A stretch of 43,912 nucleotides of DNA from Pseudomonadota bacterium (GTDB lineage Bacteria; Desulfobacterota; Desulfobacteria; Desulfobacterales; JBDRRP01). The position numbers and the translations under genes were made by a program. The stretch covers positions 1 through 43,912 of the forward strand of contig JBDRRP010000089.1 in NCBI GenBank assembly GCA_043825735.1, written 5' to 3'. The notes beneath the pieces were generated by a model. That model had not been told where the DNA came from. It did not search any database and saw only the letters and a program-made list of their open reading frames with translations. The first letter of the stretch is position 1. Each line of letters begins with the position of its first letter. Below, piece after piece: positions 8,901 to 18,883 of this stretch.

Positions 8901-11838
8901 CATCACTGCTGCGGTCGAAGACACCCGGAACCGCCGTCACGAGACCACGATCCATGCCTGGGTGGTGGGCAAGGGCCGCGTGGTGTGGGAGGGCCCCGAC
9001 AGCAATGCCCTCAGGGTCATTCCCGACAAGGACAAATACCAGGTGGGCGATACGGCACGCTTTCTTGTGCAAAACCCGCTGCCCGGCGCCATGGCACTCG
9101 TCGCAGTGGAGCGCTATGGCGTGCTCAAACACTGGGTGCAGCCCCTGGAGGGGAGTACCCCGGTCATCGACGTGGCCATTGAAGAAGATTTTCTGCCGGG
9201 CTTTTATCTCTCGGTGCTGGTGACCTCGCCGCGAGTGGACGCGCCGCCCGGGGAAGGCTCTGTGGATCTGGGCAAGCCCACCTTTCGTCTGGGCTATGTG
9301 CCGGTGCGGGTCACCGATGCCGTCAAAGAGATCGCCGTGGCGGTGAGCACTGACCTGGAGACTTACAAGCCGGGAGATACGGTGCACGCACGGATCAAGG
9401 CCCTGCCGCGCAGCGGCGCACCGGGTGAGCCTGTCGAGCTGGCCGTGGTGGTCATCGACGAGGCGGTATTCGATCTCAACAGCCAGGGGCGCAGCTACTA
9501 TGACCCCTACGAGGGGTTCAACAGCCTCGATGGCCTGGATCTCAATAACTACACCCTGCTCTCGCTGCTGGTGGGCCGGCAGCAGTTCGAAAAGAAAGGC
9601 GCATCGCCGGGCGGCGGCGGTGCGGCCGGTGGCGGGCCCCACCTGCGCAGCCTTTTCAAATACGTCACCTACTGGAACCCGTCTTTGATCGCCGATCAGG
9701 ACGGCGCTGCTGCGTTTTCCTTCACCGTCCCGGACAACCTTACCGGCTGGCGCATTTTTGCCATGGCGGTGACGCCGGGCGATCGGATGGGGCTTGGCGA
9801 TACCGGATTCAAGGTCAACCGTCCCACGGAGCTGCGGCCGGTGATGCCCAACCAGGTCACCGAGGGCGATCGCTTCAGCGCGGGTTTCAGCGTGATGAAC
9901 CGCACCGACCGGGAGCGGACCCTTTCGGTGAGGATCAGCAGCAAGGGGGAACCGGATACCGTGGCGGCCGCGATGGACAAAACGGCGCAGATCCACCTGG
10001 CACCGTTCAAACGCGAAACCGTGTGGCTGCCCGTTGAAACGAAGGGCTTCGGCGATATCCGTTTTACCGTCAGTGCCGGGGATGCAATGGACACCGATGC
10101 CGTGGCGCATACGGTGCCGGTGAGAAAGCGCCGATCCCTGGTCACCGCGGCGACGTATGGTTCAACTCTTGAGGCCGCTGCCACCGATCGCATCGCATTT
10201 CCTGAGGGGATCTATCCGGATGTGGGGGGCATCAGCGTGGTGACCTCGCCGTCGGTGATCGGCAATATCGACGGCGCCTTCCGGTATCTTCGAAACTATC
10301 GCTACGATTGCTGGGAGCAGCAGTTGACGAAGGGCGTCATGGCGGCCCATTACCAGAATCTGAAAGCCTACATGCCCGCGGATTTTTCGTGGCCGGACAG
10401 CGCCACGCTGCCGCAGGCGGTGCTCGATGCCGCTGCGGGGTTCCAGGCGCCCGGCGGCGGCATGGTCTACTGGGTGCCCGAAGACGCTCACGTGAGTCCG
10501 TATCTGAGCGCGTATACGGCGCTGGCCTTCAACTGGATAGGCAACAGCGGTTACCGCGTCCCCGTGCCGGTGGAAGAAAAACTCCACGGCTATCTGGCGA
10601 CGCTCCTCCGGCGGGAAGTCATGCCGTCGTTTTACACCCGGGGGATGGCGTCCTCCGTGCGGGCCGTGGCGCTGGCGGCCCTGGCCGGCCACGGCAAGGT
10701 CTCTCTTGAGGACCTTAACCGCTACCGGCCGCATCTGGGAGAGATGGATCTCTTCGGCAAGGCGCACTTTCTCATGGCGGCCATGGCCGTTGACGGCGGC
10801 CGCGCCATCGCCGATGAGGCTGCACGGTTGATCCTGTCCCACGGCAGCCAGTCCGGCGGCAAGGTGCAGTTCAATGAGGTCCTCGACGATAGTTACAGCT
10901 ATATTCTTGCCACGCCGCTACGCAGCAACGCCGCTATTTTAGCTGCGCTGCTGAAGGTCTCCGTCGACCCCGGCGGCCGGGCCCTGGTGGGCGACATCCC
11001 CTTCAAATTGGTGCGGGCCATTACCCAGGCCCGCGGCAACCGCGATCACTGGCAGAACACCCAGGAGAATATCTTCTGCCTCAATGCCCTCACCGCGTTC
11101 GCCCGCATCTTCGAAACCGAGGTGCCGGACATGACGGTGAGCGCGTTTCTCGGCGACCGGAAACTGGGAGAGGCCCGGTTTACCGATCTTCGCGACGCCG
11201 CCGTCACCTTCACCGATTCCATGCACCGGGCGAGTCCGGGGCTTAAGAGCGAGGTCACCCTGAAAAAACAGGGCGCAGGCCGGCTCTACTACGCGACCCG
11301 GATGCAGTACGCCCCCACCGAAGAGGCGTCCGTCCGCATCAACGCCGGCATCGACATCCGGCGCGAATACGCCGCCCAGCGCTCCGGCCGCTGGGAGCTG
11401 CTCAAAAGCCCCATGGCCATCCGGCGCGGGGAGCTGGTGCGGGTGACGCTTTACGTGTCCCTGCCGACCCTCCGGCACTTCGTGGTGGTGGACGATCCGG
11501 TTCCCGGCGGGCTGGAGCCGGTCAACCGCGATTTGGCCACCGCCAGCGCCGTGGACGCGGAAAAGGGCAACTTCACCGCGGCCAAAGACTCCTGGTGGTT
11601 CACCTATAGCGACTGGTCCTACTACGGGCGCTTCGGTTACAGCTTCTATCACCAGGAATTGCGGCATGCGGCGGCGCGGTTTTATGCCGACTATCTGCCC
11701 GCGGGCAATTACGTGCTGTCCTACACCGCCCAGGCCATCGCCTCGGGCCGGTTTTCAGTGATGCCGGTCCACGCTGAGGAGATGTATGATCCGGAAGTCT
11801 TCGGCAAGGGGCTACCGGCCACGCTGGTGGTGGACTGA
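5977..11838 (+). CDS. Bacterial alpha-2-macroglobulin
   Basis: 1953 aa; MG-domain motifs (VPDNLTGWRIFA, VVDDPVPGGLE, AEEMYDPE); thioester CWEQ at 10309-10320; followed by pbpC. Confidence 0.95.
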   Translation: MKVFGKMAAVFLVTSILAATPAQAIDATSRPAAETLNLLRITPDGTDVPPGRQVVFTFDRPVVPVGRMDRSAEEIPITITPALNCQWRWLNTSALACELDDKDGLRPATEYRVAVAAGLAADDGAVMTKTVAHRFITQRPKVTRTRFKEWRAPGWPRIQVTFDQPVSRDSVRSRMAFKMAKTGGSAALTAEPDKDDRETPLFFPLPGEKLALTGAASSPQRVDDQKAKVNGDEARRIWVLAPASELPLDSSISLSVTPGLVSALGPMTGVERRTVVEFNTYPEFRFLGVRCQDARTHQTTLITPEFSSAEPFTSQDMARCAPLDSVALVFSAPVINEAVKSHVTITPDLAGGRTDYDPWENRYSYSHLSAPHRDDATYTVWLPERLKAYQRYTLQSDAALFQDEFGRVLKAPVDMAFMTAHRDPALVLDHNKAVLEKQIDSDVPVYVTNLEKLTVPHRVLTAKGLSGDAQSTRNLPDIEDVAFAVPLGIREMTGGASGVVTGHLDSDPRPPGYRPGDYRFFAEITPFQVNVKLGHFNSLVWVTDLATGAPVAGAGVSVFLDDYTPDPTPSALAGCRTDDSGVCTLPGIETLDPKLSYLRYAYDDDAPRLVVRVDKDQDLALVYLDYHFITWVGGVDAETRVKNGHMRAWGTTAQGVYKVGDTIQYKLYVRNHDNRRWVAPAPSGYTLSIIGPKGQTVQKVEDLTLSSFGAWAGEFALPAQAAVGWYQFQLEYAGLPDALPVMRVLVSDFTPSPFRVTTELSGDRFELGDVIDITSLARMHAGGPFANADTRVTVRLVQRVFQPKTAPAKDFRFDSGEYRNRPTWDLHESSAEGNDAGEVTTQVTLADKAIVYGRLTVESAVRDDRGKYVAAAAGADYIGRDRFVGLRGTRWAYDEDAPADIEYLAVDVDGNPVAGLPVTIRVERRETKASRVKGAGNAYLTNYVTSWVAAENWKGVSAGQPATYTFTPAHAGEYRITAAVEDTRNRRHETTIHAWVVGKGRVVWEGPDSNALRVIPDKDKYQVGDTARFLVQNPLPGAMALVAVERYGVLKHWVQPLEGSTPVIDVAIEEDFLPGFYLSVLVTSPRVDAPPGEGSVDLGKPTFRLGYVPVRVTDAVKEIAVAVSTDLETYKPGDTVHARIKALPRSGAPGEPVELAVVVIDEAVFDLNSQGRSYYDPYEGFNSLDGLDLNNYTLLSLLVGRQQFEKKGASPGGGGAAGGGPHLRSLFKYVTYWNPSLIADQDGAAAFSFTVPDNLTGWRIFAMAVTPGDRMGLGDTGFKVNRPTELRPVMPNQVTEGDRFSAGFSVMNRTDRERTLSVRISSKGEPDTVAAAMDKTAQIHLAPFKRETVWLPVETKGFGDIRFTVSAGDAMDTDAVAHTVPVRKRRSLVTAATYGSTLEAAATDRIAFPEGIYPDVGGISVVTSPSVIGNIDGAFRYLRNYRYDCWEQQLTKGVMAAHYQNLKAYMPADFSWPDSATLPQAVLDAAAGFQAPGGGMVYWVPEDAHVSPYLSAYTALAFNWIGNSGYRVPVPVEEKLHGYLATLLRREVMPSFYTRGMASSVRAVALAALAGHGKVSLEDLNRYRPHLGEMDLFGKAHFLMAAMAVDGGRAIADEAARLILSHGSQSGGKVQFNEVLDDSYSYILATPLRSNAAILAALLKVSVDPGGRALVGDIPFKLVRAITQARGNRDHWQNTQENIFCLNALTAFARIFETEVPDMTVSAFLGDRKLGEARFTDLRDAAVTFTDSMHRASPGLKSEVTLKKQGAGRLYYATRMQYAPTEEASVRINAGIDIRREYAAQRSGRWELLKSPMAIRRGELVRVTLYVSLPTLRHFVVVDDPVPGGLEPVNRDLATASAVDAEKGNFTAAKDSWWFTYSDWSYYGRFGYSFYHQELRHAAARFYADYLPAGNYVLSYTAQAIASGRFSVMPVHAEEMYDPEVFGKGLPATLVVD

Positions 11839-11884
11839 TCTTGCTTTCCACCGAACCGTGTAAGAAATGGGCGGTGTTCAATTT

Positions 11885-12031
11885 TTATTGCCTCGTAAAA
11901 GTTCCAAGGCCCGTCACCCCGGCGAAGGCCGGGGTCTATAAGTACCTGAAATCAATGTATCCCGGATCTCGTTTCACTCTTCCGGGTTGACGAAGAAAAA
12001 GAAAAAAACCGACTTTTTACGAATGCATCAA
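11885..12031. mobile_element. MITE-like shell with GTCACCCCGGCGAAGGCCGGGG cargo
   Basis: Homolog of 5477-5651 without the inner insert. Confidence 0.75.
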
Positions 12032-12096
12032 TTTAGACAAACCCGTAAAAAACAATCTTCTCGCAGAGACACCAAGTGCGCCAAGAAAAACATTTT

Positions 12097-12441
12097 GCGG
12101 TTCTCTATGAAGCTCCAGTTGTCCGGTGGCCCGGTGCATCGGCGCCCGGACACATGGCATAAATGAGCCTGCCCGCCAAGGGCGCCCCGTGGTTGACGGG
12201 TGTTATCGAAATCGCTATCGGGATCGAAATCGAAATCGGCGGTTGCTGTTGCCACGGTGGCGGCATATGGCGGATCAGGGACAAAATGATTGCCAACACC
12301 AACACCAACACCAACACCAACACCAACACCAACACCAACACCAACACCAACACCCGATACCGATACCGATCCCGATAGCGATTTCGAGGAACGGCGCGTT
12401 TTGCGGCAACATAGGCTTACTGGAGCTTCATAGAGAAGCGG
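12097..12441. mobile_element. 345-bp MITE with 19-bp perfect inverted repeats and 10-bp target duplication
   Basis: TTCTCTATGAAGCTCCAGT (12101-12119) / ACTGGAGCTTCATAGAGAA (12419-12437); AAAACATTTT at 12087-12096 and 12442-12451. Confidence 0.9.
12293..12352. repeat. (CCAACA)x10 microsatellite
   Basis: Perfect 60-bp hexamer run, continuing into degenerate CCGATA hexamers. Confidence 0.97.
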
Positions 12442-12554
12442 AAAACATTTTTAATATCAATTCATTCGCTTTGCGATCTCTGCGGCTTTGCGAGAGATTC
12501 GGATTTTTTATGAATGCGTCATCTTTTTGATAAACACGGACCCGGTTGCGAATT

Positions 12555-14726
12555 ATGGATAAACGGCGGCGCCACATCATCGGGATTCTCGCAGGGCTGC
12601 TGACGGCCGGGGCGGTCCTTGTAGGGGCGGCGACATTCGCCGGCCTCGCGCCGTTGTCCGATCTTGCCACCACCGGTGTCGTCATCAAGCCCCAACTGCT
12701 GGATCGCCATGGTCGCCCCATCACTGTGACCTACGAGAACCGCTGGAATTTGAACGATCAGGTCGCGTTTCACCAGATTCCGGCCCTGCTGCGCAACGCG
12801 TTTGTCTTTTCCGAAGACAGACGCTTTTTCACCCACGGCGGCGTCGACTGGCTGGCGCGGCTCAGTGCGTGCCGGCAGAATCTTCTGGCCGGCAGGGCCG
12901 TGCGCGGGGCCAGCACCATCACCGAACAGGTGGTGCGCTTGATGCACCCGCGACCGCGGACGCTCTGGTCCCGCTGGCTGGAGGGTTTCGACGCCATGCG
13001 TCTGGAAGCCCGCCAGAGCAAGGCGGCGATCTTGGAGTGCTATCTCAACCAGGTGCCCTACGATGCCCGGCGCCGGGGAGTGCTTCAGGCGGCCCGCTAC
13101 TACTTCGACCGGGATCTCGCCACCCTCAGCGCGAAGGAGACGCTGGCGCTGGCCGTGATGGTGCGCGCACCGGCGAGGCTCACGGTGCTCACGGCACCGG
13201 CGGTGGTGGACCGGGCCGTGAAACGCCTGGCCGTTCGTCTGCGGGAAGCCGGCGCGCTTTCCGAGACCCAATGGGCGGACATCGCTGCCGCCGGATTCAG
13301 CCCGGTGGCGCCGGCACCGCCGGTGGATGCGCGCCATTTCGCCCAGTGGGTGACGCGCCAGGAAGGGGCTGCGGCGCCCACCGTGCGCACCACGCTGGAT
13401 CTGGATGTGCAGCGCATCGGTCAGCAGGTGCTCGACCGGCAACTGGCGGTGCTGAGCGATCGGCGGGTGCAAAACGGCGCCTTGCTGGTGGTTGACCACC
13501 GTGAGAACGCCGTGCTCGCCTGGGTAGTGGGGCGCGCCGGCCAGGCCGATGCCATGGCCGCAGAATTCGATGCCGTGAGGACCCCACGGCAGCCGGGCTC
13601 GACCCTGAAGCCTTTTGTCTACGCCTTGGCCATCAGCCGGGAGTGGACTCCGGCCACCATGATCGATGACAGCCCCTTGAGCGAATCCGTGGGCACCGGT
13701 CTGCATACCTACCGCAACTACAGTCGCGTGCACTACGGCCCCGTCTCCCTGAGAGCGGCCATGGCCAATTCCCTGAACATCCCTGCGGTCAAGGCCGTTC
13801 AGTACGTGGGGCCCGTGGATTTTCTCGCCGCCCTGCATGAACTGGGCATCGACAGCCTTGATCGGCACCCGGATGTCTACGGAGACGGATTGGCGCTGGG
13901 AAACGGCGAAATCACCCTCTTTGAGCTGGTACAGGCCTATACGGTGCTGGCCCGCGGCGGGCTGTACACGCCGCTGTCGGTGCGGCTGGCACCGTCGCCG
14001 TGGCCGGACGGACGCCGGGTCTTCAGCGAAGCCGTGGCGTCATTGATGGGGCACATGCTCTCGGATCCGGATGCCCGGCGGTGGGAGTTCGGCGAAAGCA
14101 GTATTTTGAACCTGCCGGTCCAGACGGCGGTGAAAACCGGAACCTCCAGCGACTACCGGGATGCCTGGGCTGTTGGCTACAACTACCGGTATACGGTCGG
14201 CGTCTGGATGGGCAACCTGGACAGCCGCCCCATGGACGAGTTGACCGGATCCATCGGCCCGGCACTGGTGATGCGTTCTGTGTTTGCGGAGCTGATGCGC
14301 GATCAACCGGCGCTGCCGCTGCCGCTGAGCCGCCACCTGGTGCGCCGCGCGGTCTGCATCGACAGCGGCCTACTTGCTGACGGTGCCTGCGATAGCCGCC
14401 AGGAATGGTTCGTTCCCGGAAAGCTGCCGGCACCTCATGTGCCCGCCGCTGCACCGGTCCGGATCCGGCGGCCGGGCAATGGACTGCAAATGGCGCAGGA
14501 TCCGCGCATCCCCGATGAGCTGGAGGCGTTCGAGTTCCAGTTGAACCGGCGGGCGGGCATCCGGCGCGTCGACTGGCGCCTCGATGGTCGCCTGCTGGCA
14601 AGCACCGCGGCACCGGACTACGTGTGGGCTTTGAGGCGGGGCACGCACAGGCTTCAGGCTCGGGTCTGGGGGCCGGAAGAACGGGCGCCCGAAGAAACCC
14701 CGGTTGTCCGGTTTGTGGTGAAGTAG
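12555..14726 (+). CDS. pbpC: Penicillin-binding protein 1C
   Basis: Transglycosylase EDRRF/GASTITEQ; transpeptidase STLK, SLN, KTG; C-terminal beta domain; next to A2M. Start may be TTG 12546. Confidence 0.9.
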   Translation: MDKRRRHIIGILAGLLTAGAVLVGAATFAGLAPLSDLATTGVVIKPQLLDRHGRPITVTYENRWNLNDQVAFHQIPALLRNAFVFSEDRRFFTHGGVDWLARLSACRQNLLAGRAVRGASTITEQVVRLMHPRPRTLWSRWLEGFDAMRLEARQSKAAILECYLNQVPYDARRRGVLQAARYYFDRDLATLSAKETLALAVMVRAPARLTVLTAPAVVDRAVKRLAVRLREAGALSETQWADIAAAGFSPVAPAPPVDARHFAQWVTRQEGAAAPTVRTTLDLDVQRIGQQVLDRQLAVLSDRRVQNGALLVVDHRENAVLAWVVGRAGQADAMAAEFDAVRTPRQPGSTLKPFVYALAISREWTPATMIDDSPLSESVGTGLHTYRNYSRVHYGPVSLRAAMANSLNIPAVKAVQYVGPVDFLAALHELGIDSLDRHPDVYGDGLALGNGEITLFELVQAYTVLARGGLYTPLSVRLAPSPWPDGRRVFSEAVASLMGHMLSDPDARRWEFGESSILNLPVQTAVKTGTSSDYRDAWAVGYNYRYTVGVWMGNLDSRPMDELTGSIGPALVMRSVFAELMRDQPALPLPLSRHLVRRAVCIDSGLLADGACDSRQEWFVPGKLPAPHVPAAAPVRIRRPGNGLQMAQDPRIPDELEAFEFQLNRRAGIRRVDWRLDGRLLASTAAPDYVWALRRGTHRLQARVWGPEERAPEETPVVRFVVK

Positions 14727-14938
14727 TGTTCATCCAGAAATGGTAGATCAGTTGCGCTTACTGCCCATTCTGGCGTATTCTAATATGCCACTCCGAACTG
14801 GCCATTCATTACCGCTGACCTGAGCGTTTCACTTTTACCAATGTCATCAGAATCCTTGAATTTTGTAGGTCTAAAGGATGACGCAAGAATGGTTGAGTTT
14901 TTACCGAGATTGAAAACTGTTGCATACCGCGAGTATCC

Positions 14939-17900
14939 ATGAAAATGGCAGCTATCAAGGATAATGCAAGCATGGGTGAATGTGATCAAATGACCAATAT
15001 CAAAAATTGGGAACGATATCGAATGTGTCGAGACAGCGCCATGATAGCATTGTCAAACACGCCCAGGATCCGGCGCATGCAGTATCCAATAATTGTATTG
15101 GTCTTTTTTCTCACCTCTTTTTTTCTCACGATTTGCATGGCAACCTCTGAAATCACGATTCCAAACATTTTGATTCTGAACGCATACCATCAAGGTGAAG
15201 ATTGGTCGGACAATCAAATCAAAGGTATCCGACTAAAATTGAACGAGGCGTATCCTTTCCTTGTCCCTTCCATTGAACATCTGGACACAAAACGTTTTCC
15301 GGGCCCAAAACACTTGCTGTTCGTGAAAGAATACCTGCAAAGAAAATATCAAGGAAAACACTTCGATCTTATCCTGACACTTGACAACCCCGCATTGGAT
15401 TCGATGCTGAAATTTGGAAACGAACTGTTCCCCGGGGCTCCTATAGTCTTTGCGGGAGTTAATGGTTACAGGCCGGAAATACTGGATGGTCACACAAACA
15501 TAACGGGCGTTGCCGAAGTCCAAGATATGGCGGGTACTCTCGGCTTAGCCCTGAAGGTTCACCCTCTCACGAAAACTGTGCTTGCCGTCCACGACTATAC
15601 TTCAAGCGGAATTGCGGTCCACAGTGATATGGTTTCTGCAGCCGATCAGTTTAAAAGCCGGTTGAATGTCGAGTATACGCCAGAAGGAACGGTGGAAGAT
15701 CTCATTTCCCAACTGAAGGCGTTGCCCCAAGACACTATTGTGATGCTTCTTACCTACGTTACGGATAAAAACGGCAGAACCTTGACCCGCGAAGAGAGCA
15801 CCCGAATTATAACATCTGCCAGTCCTGTACCAGTATATGCCATGCACGAAACCCGCCTGGGCTATGGCATCGTGGGCGGCATGCTACTTGAGGGGATTGA
15901 ACACGGAAAGCAGGCCGCCGATCAGGCATTGAGAATCCTGGCCGGAGAGAGCATCTCCCAAATAGCGGTTGAAAACAGTCGATCACGCCCCGTTTTCGAT
16001 CAAAACTTACTGGAGCGCTTCGGTATATCCTCAAAACTTCTGCCGGCGGATTCAATCATTATCAACCAGCCGGTTTCTTTCTGGCGGCAGTATCGAACCA
16101 TTTGGATCCCTGGCGTTGTGATCATTGGTGTATTTGTGATTTCAACGGTCCTGCTGAGTAAGACGGTTATGCGAATGCGAATAGCCGAAAAATCTTTGCG
16201 TGATGCAATACAGCTGAATAAGGAAATTATCGACAGTGCACAAGAAGGAATCATCGTATATGATCTCGATCTAAGGTATCGCGTTTGGAATCCTTTCATG
16301 GAAAAGTTGTCAGGTGTTCCAGCAAATAACGTTCTTGGTCTTCACCCACTGGAGGTTTTCCCGTTTCATAAAGAGAATCAACTGATGAATGTGCTGGAAC
16401 GTGCATTGAATGGAGAAACACTCGAGCCGATTGATTTCCCATTTTCATTGCCCGCTTCAGGATTGTCCGGCTGGACATCAGATCAGAGTAGTCCGCTGCG
16501 AAACGCAAATGGAGACATTATTGGCGTAATTGCCACTGTGCGTGACATTACAAGTCGAAAAGAAGCCGAAGAAAAACTGCGAAGAAATGAAAAACTGCTT
16601 CAGAATATTATCGATTCCTCAGCTGACTACATTTATGTCAAAGATACCTGTTTGAGGACCATGCTCTGCAACAGAACCTTTGCTCGCGCGGTTGGAAAAA
16701 ATCCACAGGATATGGTCGGCAAAACAGACATAGAAAACGGTTGGCTGCCCGAATTTGTCATCGGTAACCCTGACAAAGGGATTCGAGGCTTTGAAAATGA
16801 CGATAAAGATGCCTTGAGTGGGAAGAAGGTCCATATCATTGATGAACTCGGGAATGTAAACGATAAGGTGCGTTCCTTTGATACAATTAAAATGCCCCTC
16901 AGGGATGAGAATGGCGCTATAATCGGCATTTTTGGTATCAGCCGTGACATTACTGAACGTCAACAGGCAGAAGAAGAGTTGCTGAAGCAGAAACATTTTC
17001 TCCAGAAGGCTCAGGAGATTGGCAAGATGGGCTCATGGGAGCTTAATATCCCAGAAAACAAACTCCTCTGGACTGATGAAAATTACAGGATCTTTGGGCT
17101 TCCCATAGGATCGGAACTTACGTATGAAACATTCCTGGGTTGCGTTCATCCCGATGACAGAGAATATGTCGATAGAGAATGGAAAGCCTCATTTGCCGGA
17201 AATCCTTATGACATTGAACATCGATTGCTCATTGATGGCAAGGTGAAGTGGGTTCGGGAGAAGGCCGAACTTGCATTCGATGAAAAAGGTGAATGTATTC
17301 AAGGGACAGGTTTCACTCAGGACATAACCGACCGAAAGCATTCCGAGATCGAACTTCGAGAATCCGAGCAAAAATTCCGCAATTTTACCGAGCAATCCTT
17401 CGTCGGATTTTACATTATTCAGGACGGCCTCTTCAAATACGTGAACCCGAAGTTTGCCGATATTTTCGGCTACTCCGCCGATGAATGCCTGGATGGCATG
17501 CATTTTCGCCAACTCGTTCACCCGGAGGATTTGGCTACGGTCAAGGAACAAGTCCGTAGGCGTGAGGATGGTGAAATAGAATCAGTTCAATACACTTTCA
17601 GAGGCGTTAAGAAGAACGGTGAAATCATCCATGTATCCATTTATGGATCATCCTTGATCTACCAGGGAAGAGCGGCGGCCATCGGAACCATGATGGACAT
17701 CACCAAAGAACTGGAGATGAAAAAGCGTATAGCACAGTCTCAACGCATCGAGGCCATCGGATCGCTTGCCGGTGGCATCGCTCATGATTTCAACAACATC
17801 CTATTTCCTATTGTCGGCTTGTCCGAAATGCTTTTGGAGGACCTCCCTCAAGGCAGTCCCGAGCATGGTAACGCATTGGAGATTTTTAAAGCCGGGAAGC

Positions 17901-18883
17901 GGGGCAGCGATCTGGTCAAACAGATTCTCGCTTTCAGTCGCCAATCAGAGCAGAAAAAAATGCCGATTCGTATCCAGCAGATACTCAAGGAAGTGACGCG
18001 GCTAAGCCGCTCGACAATCCCCGCCAACATCAAGATCACTCAGGATATTCAAAGCGATTGCAGCATGGTTCAGGCAGACGCTACTCAGATCCATCAGATC
18101 GCGATGAACCTGATCACCAATGCCTATCACGCTGTGGAACCGAAAAGCGGGGAAATAGCCGTTCGGCTGAGGGAAGTCGATGTCGGCCCGGGGCAATTGC
18201 CTGATAGTGAGCTTTTGCCGGGGAGATATGCGGTGCTGTCCGTTTCCGATACGGGGATCGGCATCGAGCCTGCCATAATGCACAAAATTTTCGAACCATA
18301 TTTCACGACCAAGGAACAAGGCAAGGGGACCGGCCTCGGTTTATCTGTGGTCTATGGGATCGTAAAAGATCATCACGGCGATATCAAGGCATACAGCGAA
18401 TTGGGGCAAGGCACGGATTTCAATGTATACCTGCCCATAATTGAACAATCTGAAGGGGCATCACCGGTTGAGAAAAGCATAGACTCCCCGGTTGGGTATG
18501 AGCGCATTCTTTTGGTTGACGATGAGGAGCCTATCGCAGGGCTCGAAAAACAGATGTTAGAGCGTCTTGGCTACACGGTGACAATGAGAGCCAACAGTTT
18601 GGAAGCTTTGGAAGCGTTTAAAGCCAAACCAGACTTATACGACTTGGTCATTTCCGATATGACCATGCCTAACATGACCGGCGAACGATTGGCGTGTGAG
18701 CTAATCTCAATTCGGCCGGACATCCCCATTATTATCTGCACCGGGTTCAGTGAACGACTCAATCGGGAAAAGGCTGCAAGTATCGGGGTGAAGGGCTTCC
18801 TGATGAAACCGATCGTCAAAGCGGAAATGGCCAGGTTCGTCCGGAAGGTATTGGATGAGGCGAAAAACACTGATCAACAATGA
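14939..18883 (+). CDS. Hybrid sensor histidine kinase (periplasmic binding-type sensor, TM, 4 PAS, HisKA, HATPase, REC)
   Basis: AHDFNNIL H-box, GKGTGLGLS, ILLVDDE...DMTMP; true start uncertain and may be downstream. Confidence 0.92.
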   Translation: MKMAAIKDNASMGECDQMTNIKNWERYRMCRDSAMIALSNTPRIRRMQYPIIVLVFFLTSFFLTICMATSEITIPNILILNAYHQGEDWSDNQIKGIRLKLNEAYPFLVPSIEHLDTKRFPGPKHLLFVKEYLQRKYQGKHFDLILTLDNPALDSMLKFGNELFPGAPIVFAGVNGYRPEILDGHTNITGVAEVQDMAGTLGLALKVHPLTKTVLAVHDYTSSGIAVHSDMVSAADQFKSRLNVEYTPEGTVEDLISQLKALPQDTIVMLLTYVTDKNGRTLTREESTRIITSASPVPVYAMHETRLGYGIVGGMLLEGIEHGKQAADQALRILAGESISQIAVENSRSRPVFDQNLLERFGISSKLLPADSIIINQPVSFWRQYRTIWIPGVVIIGVFVISTVLLSKTVMRMRIAEKSLRDAIQLNKEIIDSAQEGIIVYDLDLRYRVWNPFMEKLSGVPANNVLGLHPLEVFPFHKENQLMNVLERALNGETLEPIDFPFSLPASGLSGWTSDQSSPLRNANGDIIGVIATVRDITSRKEAEEKLRRNEKLLQNIIDSSADYIYVKDTCLRTMLCNRTFARAVGKNPQDMVGKTDIENGWLPEFVIGNPDKGIRGFENDDKDALSGKKVHIIDELGNVNDKVRSFDTIKMPLRDENGAIIGIFGISRDITERQQAEEELLKQKHFLQKAQEIGKMGSWELNIPENKLLWTDENYRIFGLPIGSELTYETFLGCVHPDDREYVDREWKASFAGNPYDIEHRLLIDGKVKWVREKAELAFDEKGECIQGTGFTQDITDRKHSEIELRESEQKFRNFTEQSFVGFYIIQDGLFKYVNPKFADIFGYSADECLDGMHFRQLVHPEDLATVKEQVRRREDGEIESVQYTFRGVKKNGEIIHVSIYGSSLIYQGRAAAIGTMMDITKELEMKKRIAQSQRIEAIGSLAGGIAHDFNNILFPIVGLSEMLLEDLPQGSPEHGNALEIFKAGKRGSDLVKQILAFSRQSEQKKMPIRIQQILKEVTRLSRSTIPANIKITQDIQSDCSMVQADATQIHQIAMNLITNAYHAVEPKSGEIAVRLREVDVGPGQLPDSELLPGRYAVLSVSDTGIGIEPAIMHKIFEPYFTTKEQGKGTGLGLSVVYGIVKDHHGDIKAYSELGQGTDFNVYLPIIEQSEGASPVEKSIDSPVGYERILLVDDEEPIAGLEKQMLERLGYTVTMRANSLEALEAFKAKPDLYDLVISDMTMPNMTGERLACELISIRPDIPIIICTGFSERLNREKAASIGVKGFLMKPIVKAEMARFVRKVLDEAKNTDQQ

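Larger units (their letters stand above)
12034..12522. mobile_element. MITE-like shell with CGCAAAG-type cargo, split by a younger insertion
   Basis: The two halves match the reverse complement of the intact 30231-30365 element. Confidence 0.8.

Noticed and set aside
6916..10110. 1064-aa minus-strand ORF and similar long antisense ORFs
   Set aside because: Shadow frames of high-GC genes with no recognisable motifs.
12105..12530. Poly-VL, poly-QH and poly-TN ORFs
   Set aside because: Readings of the (CCAACA)10 run inside a MITE.
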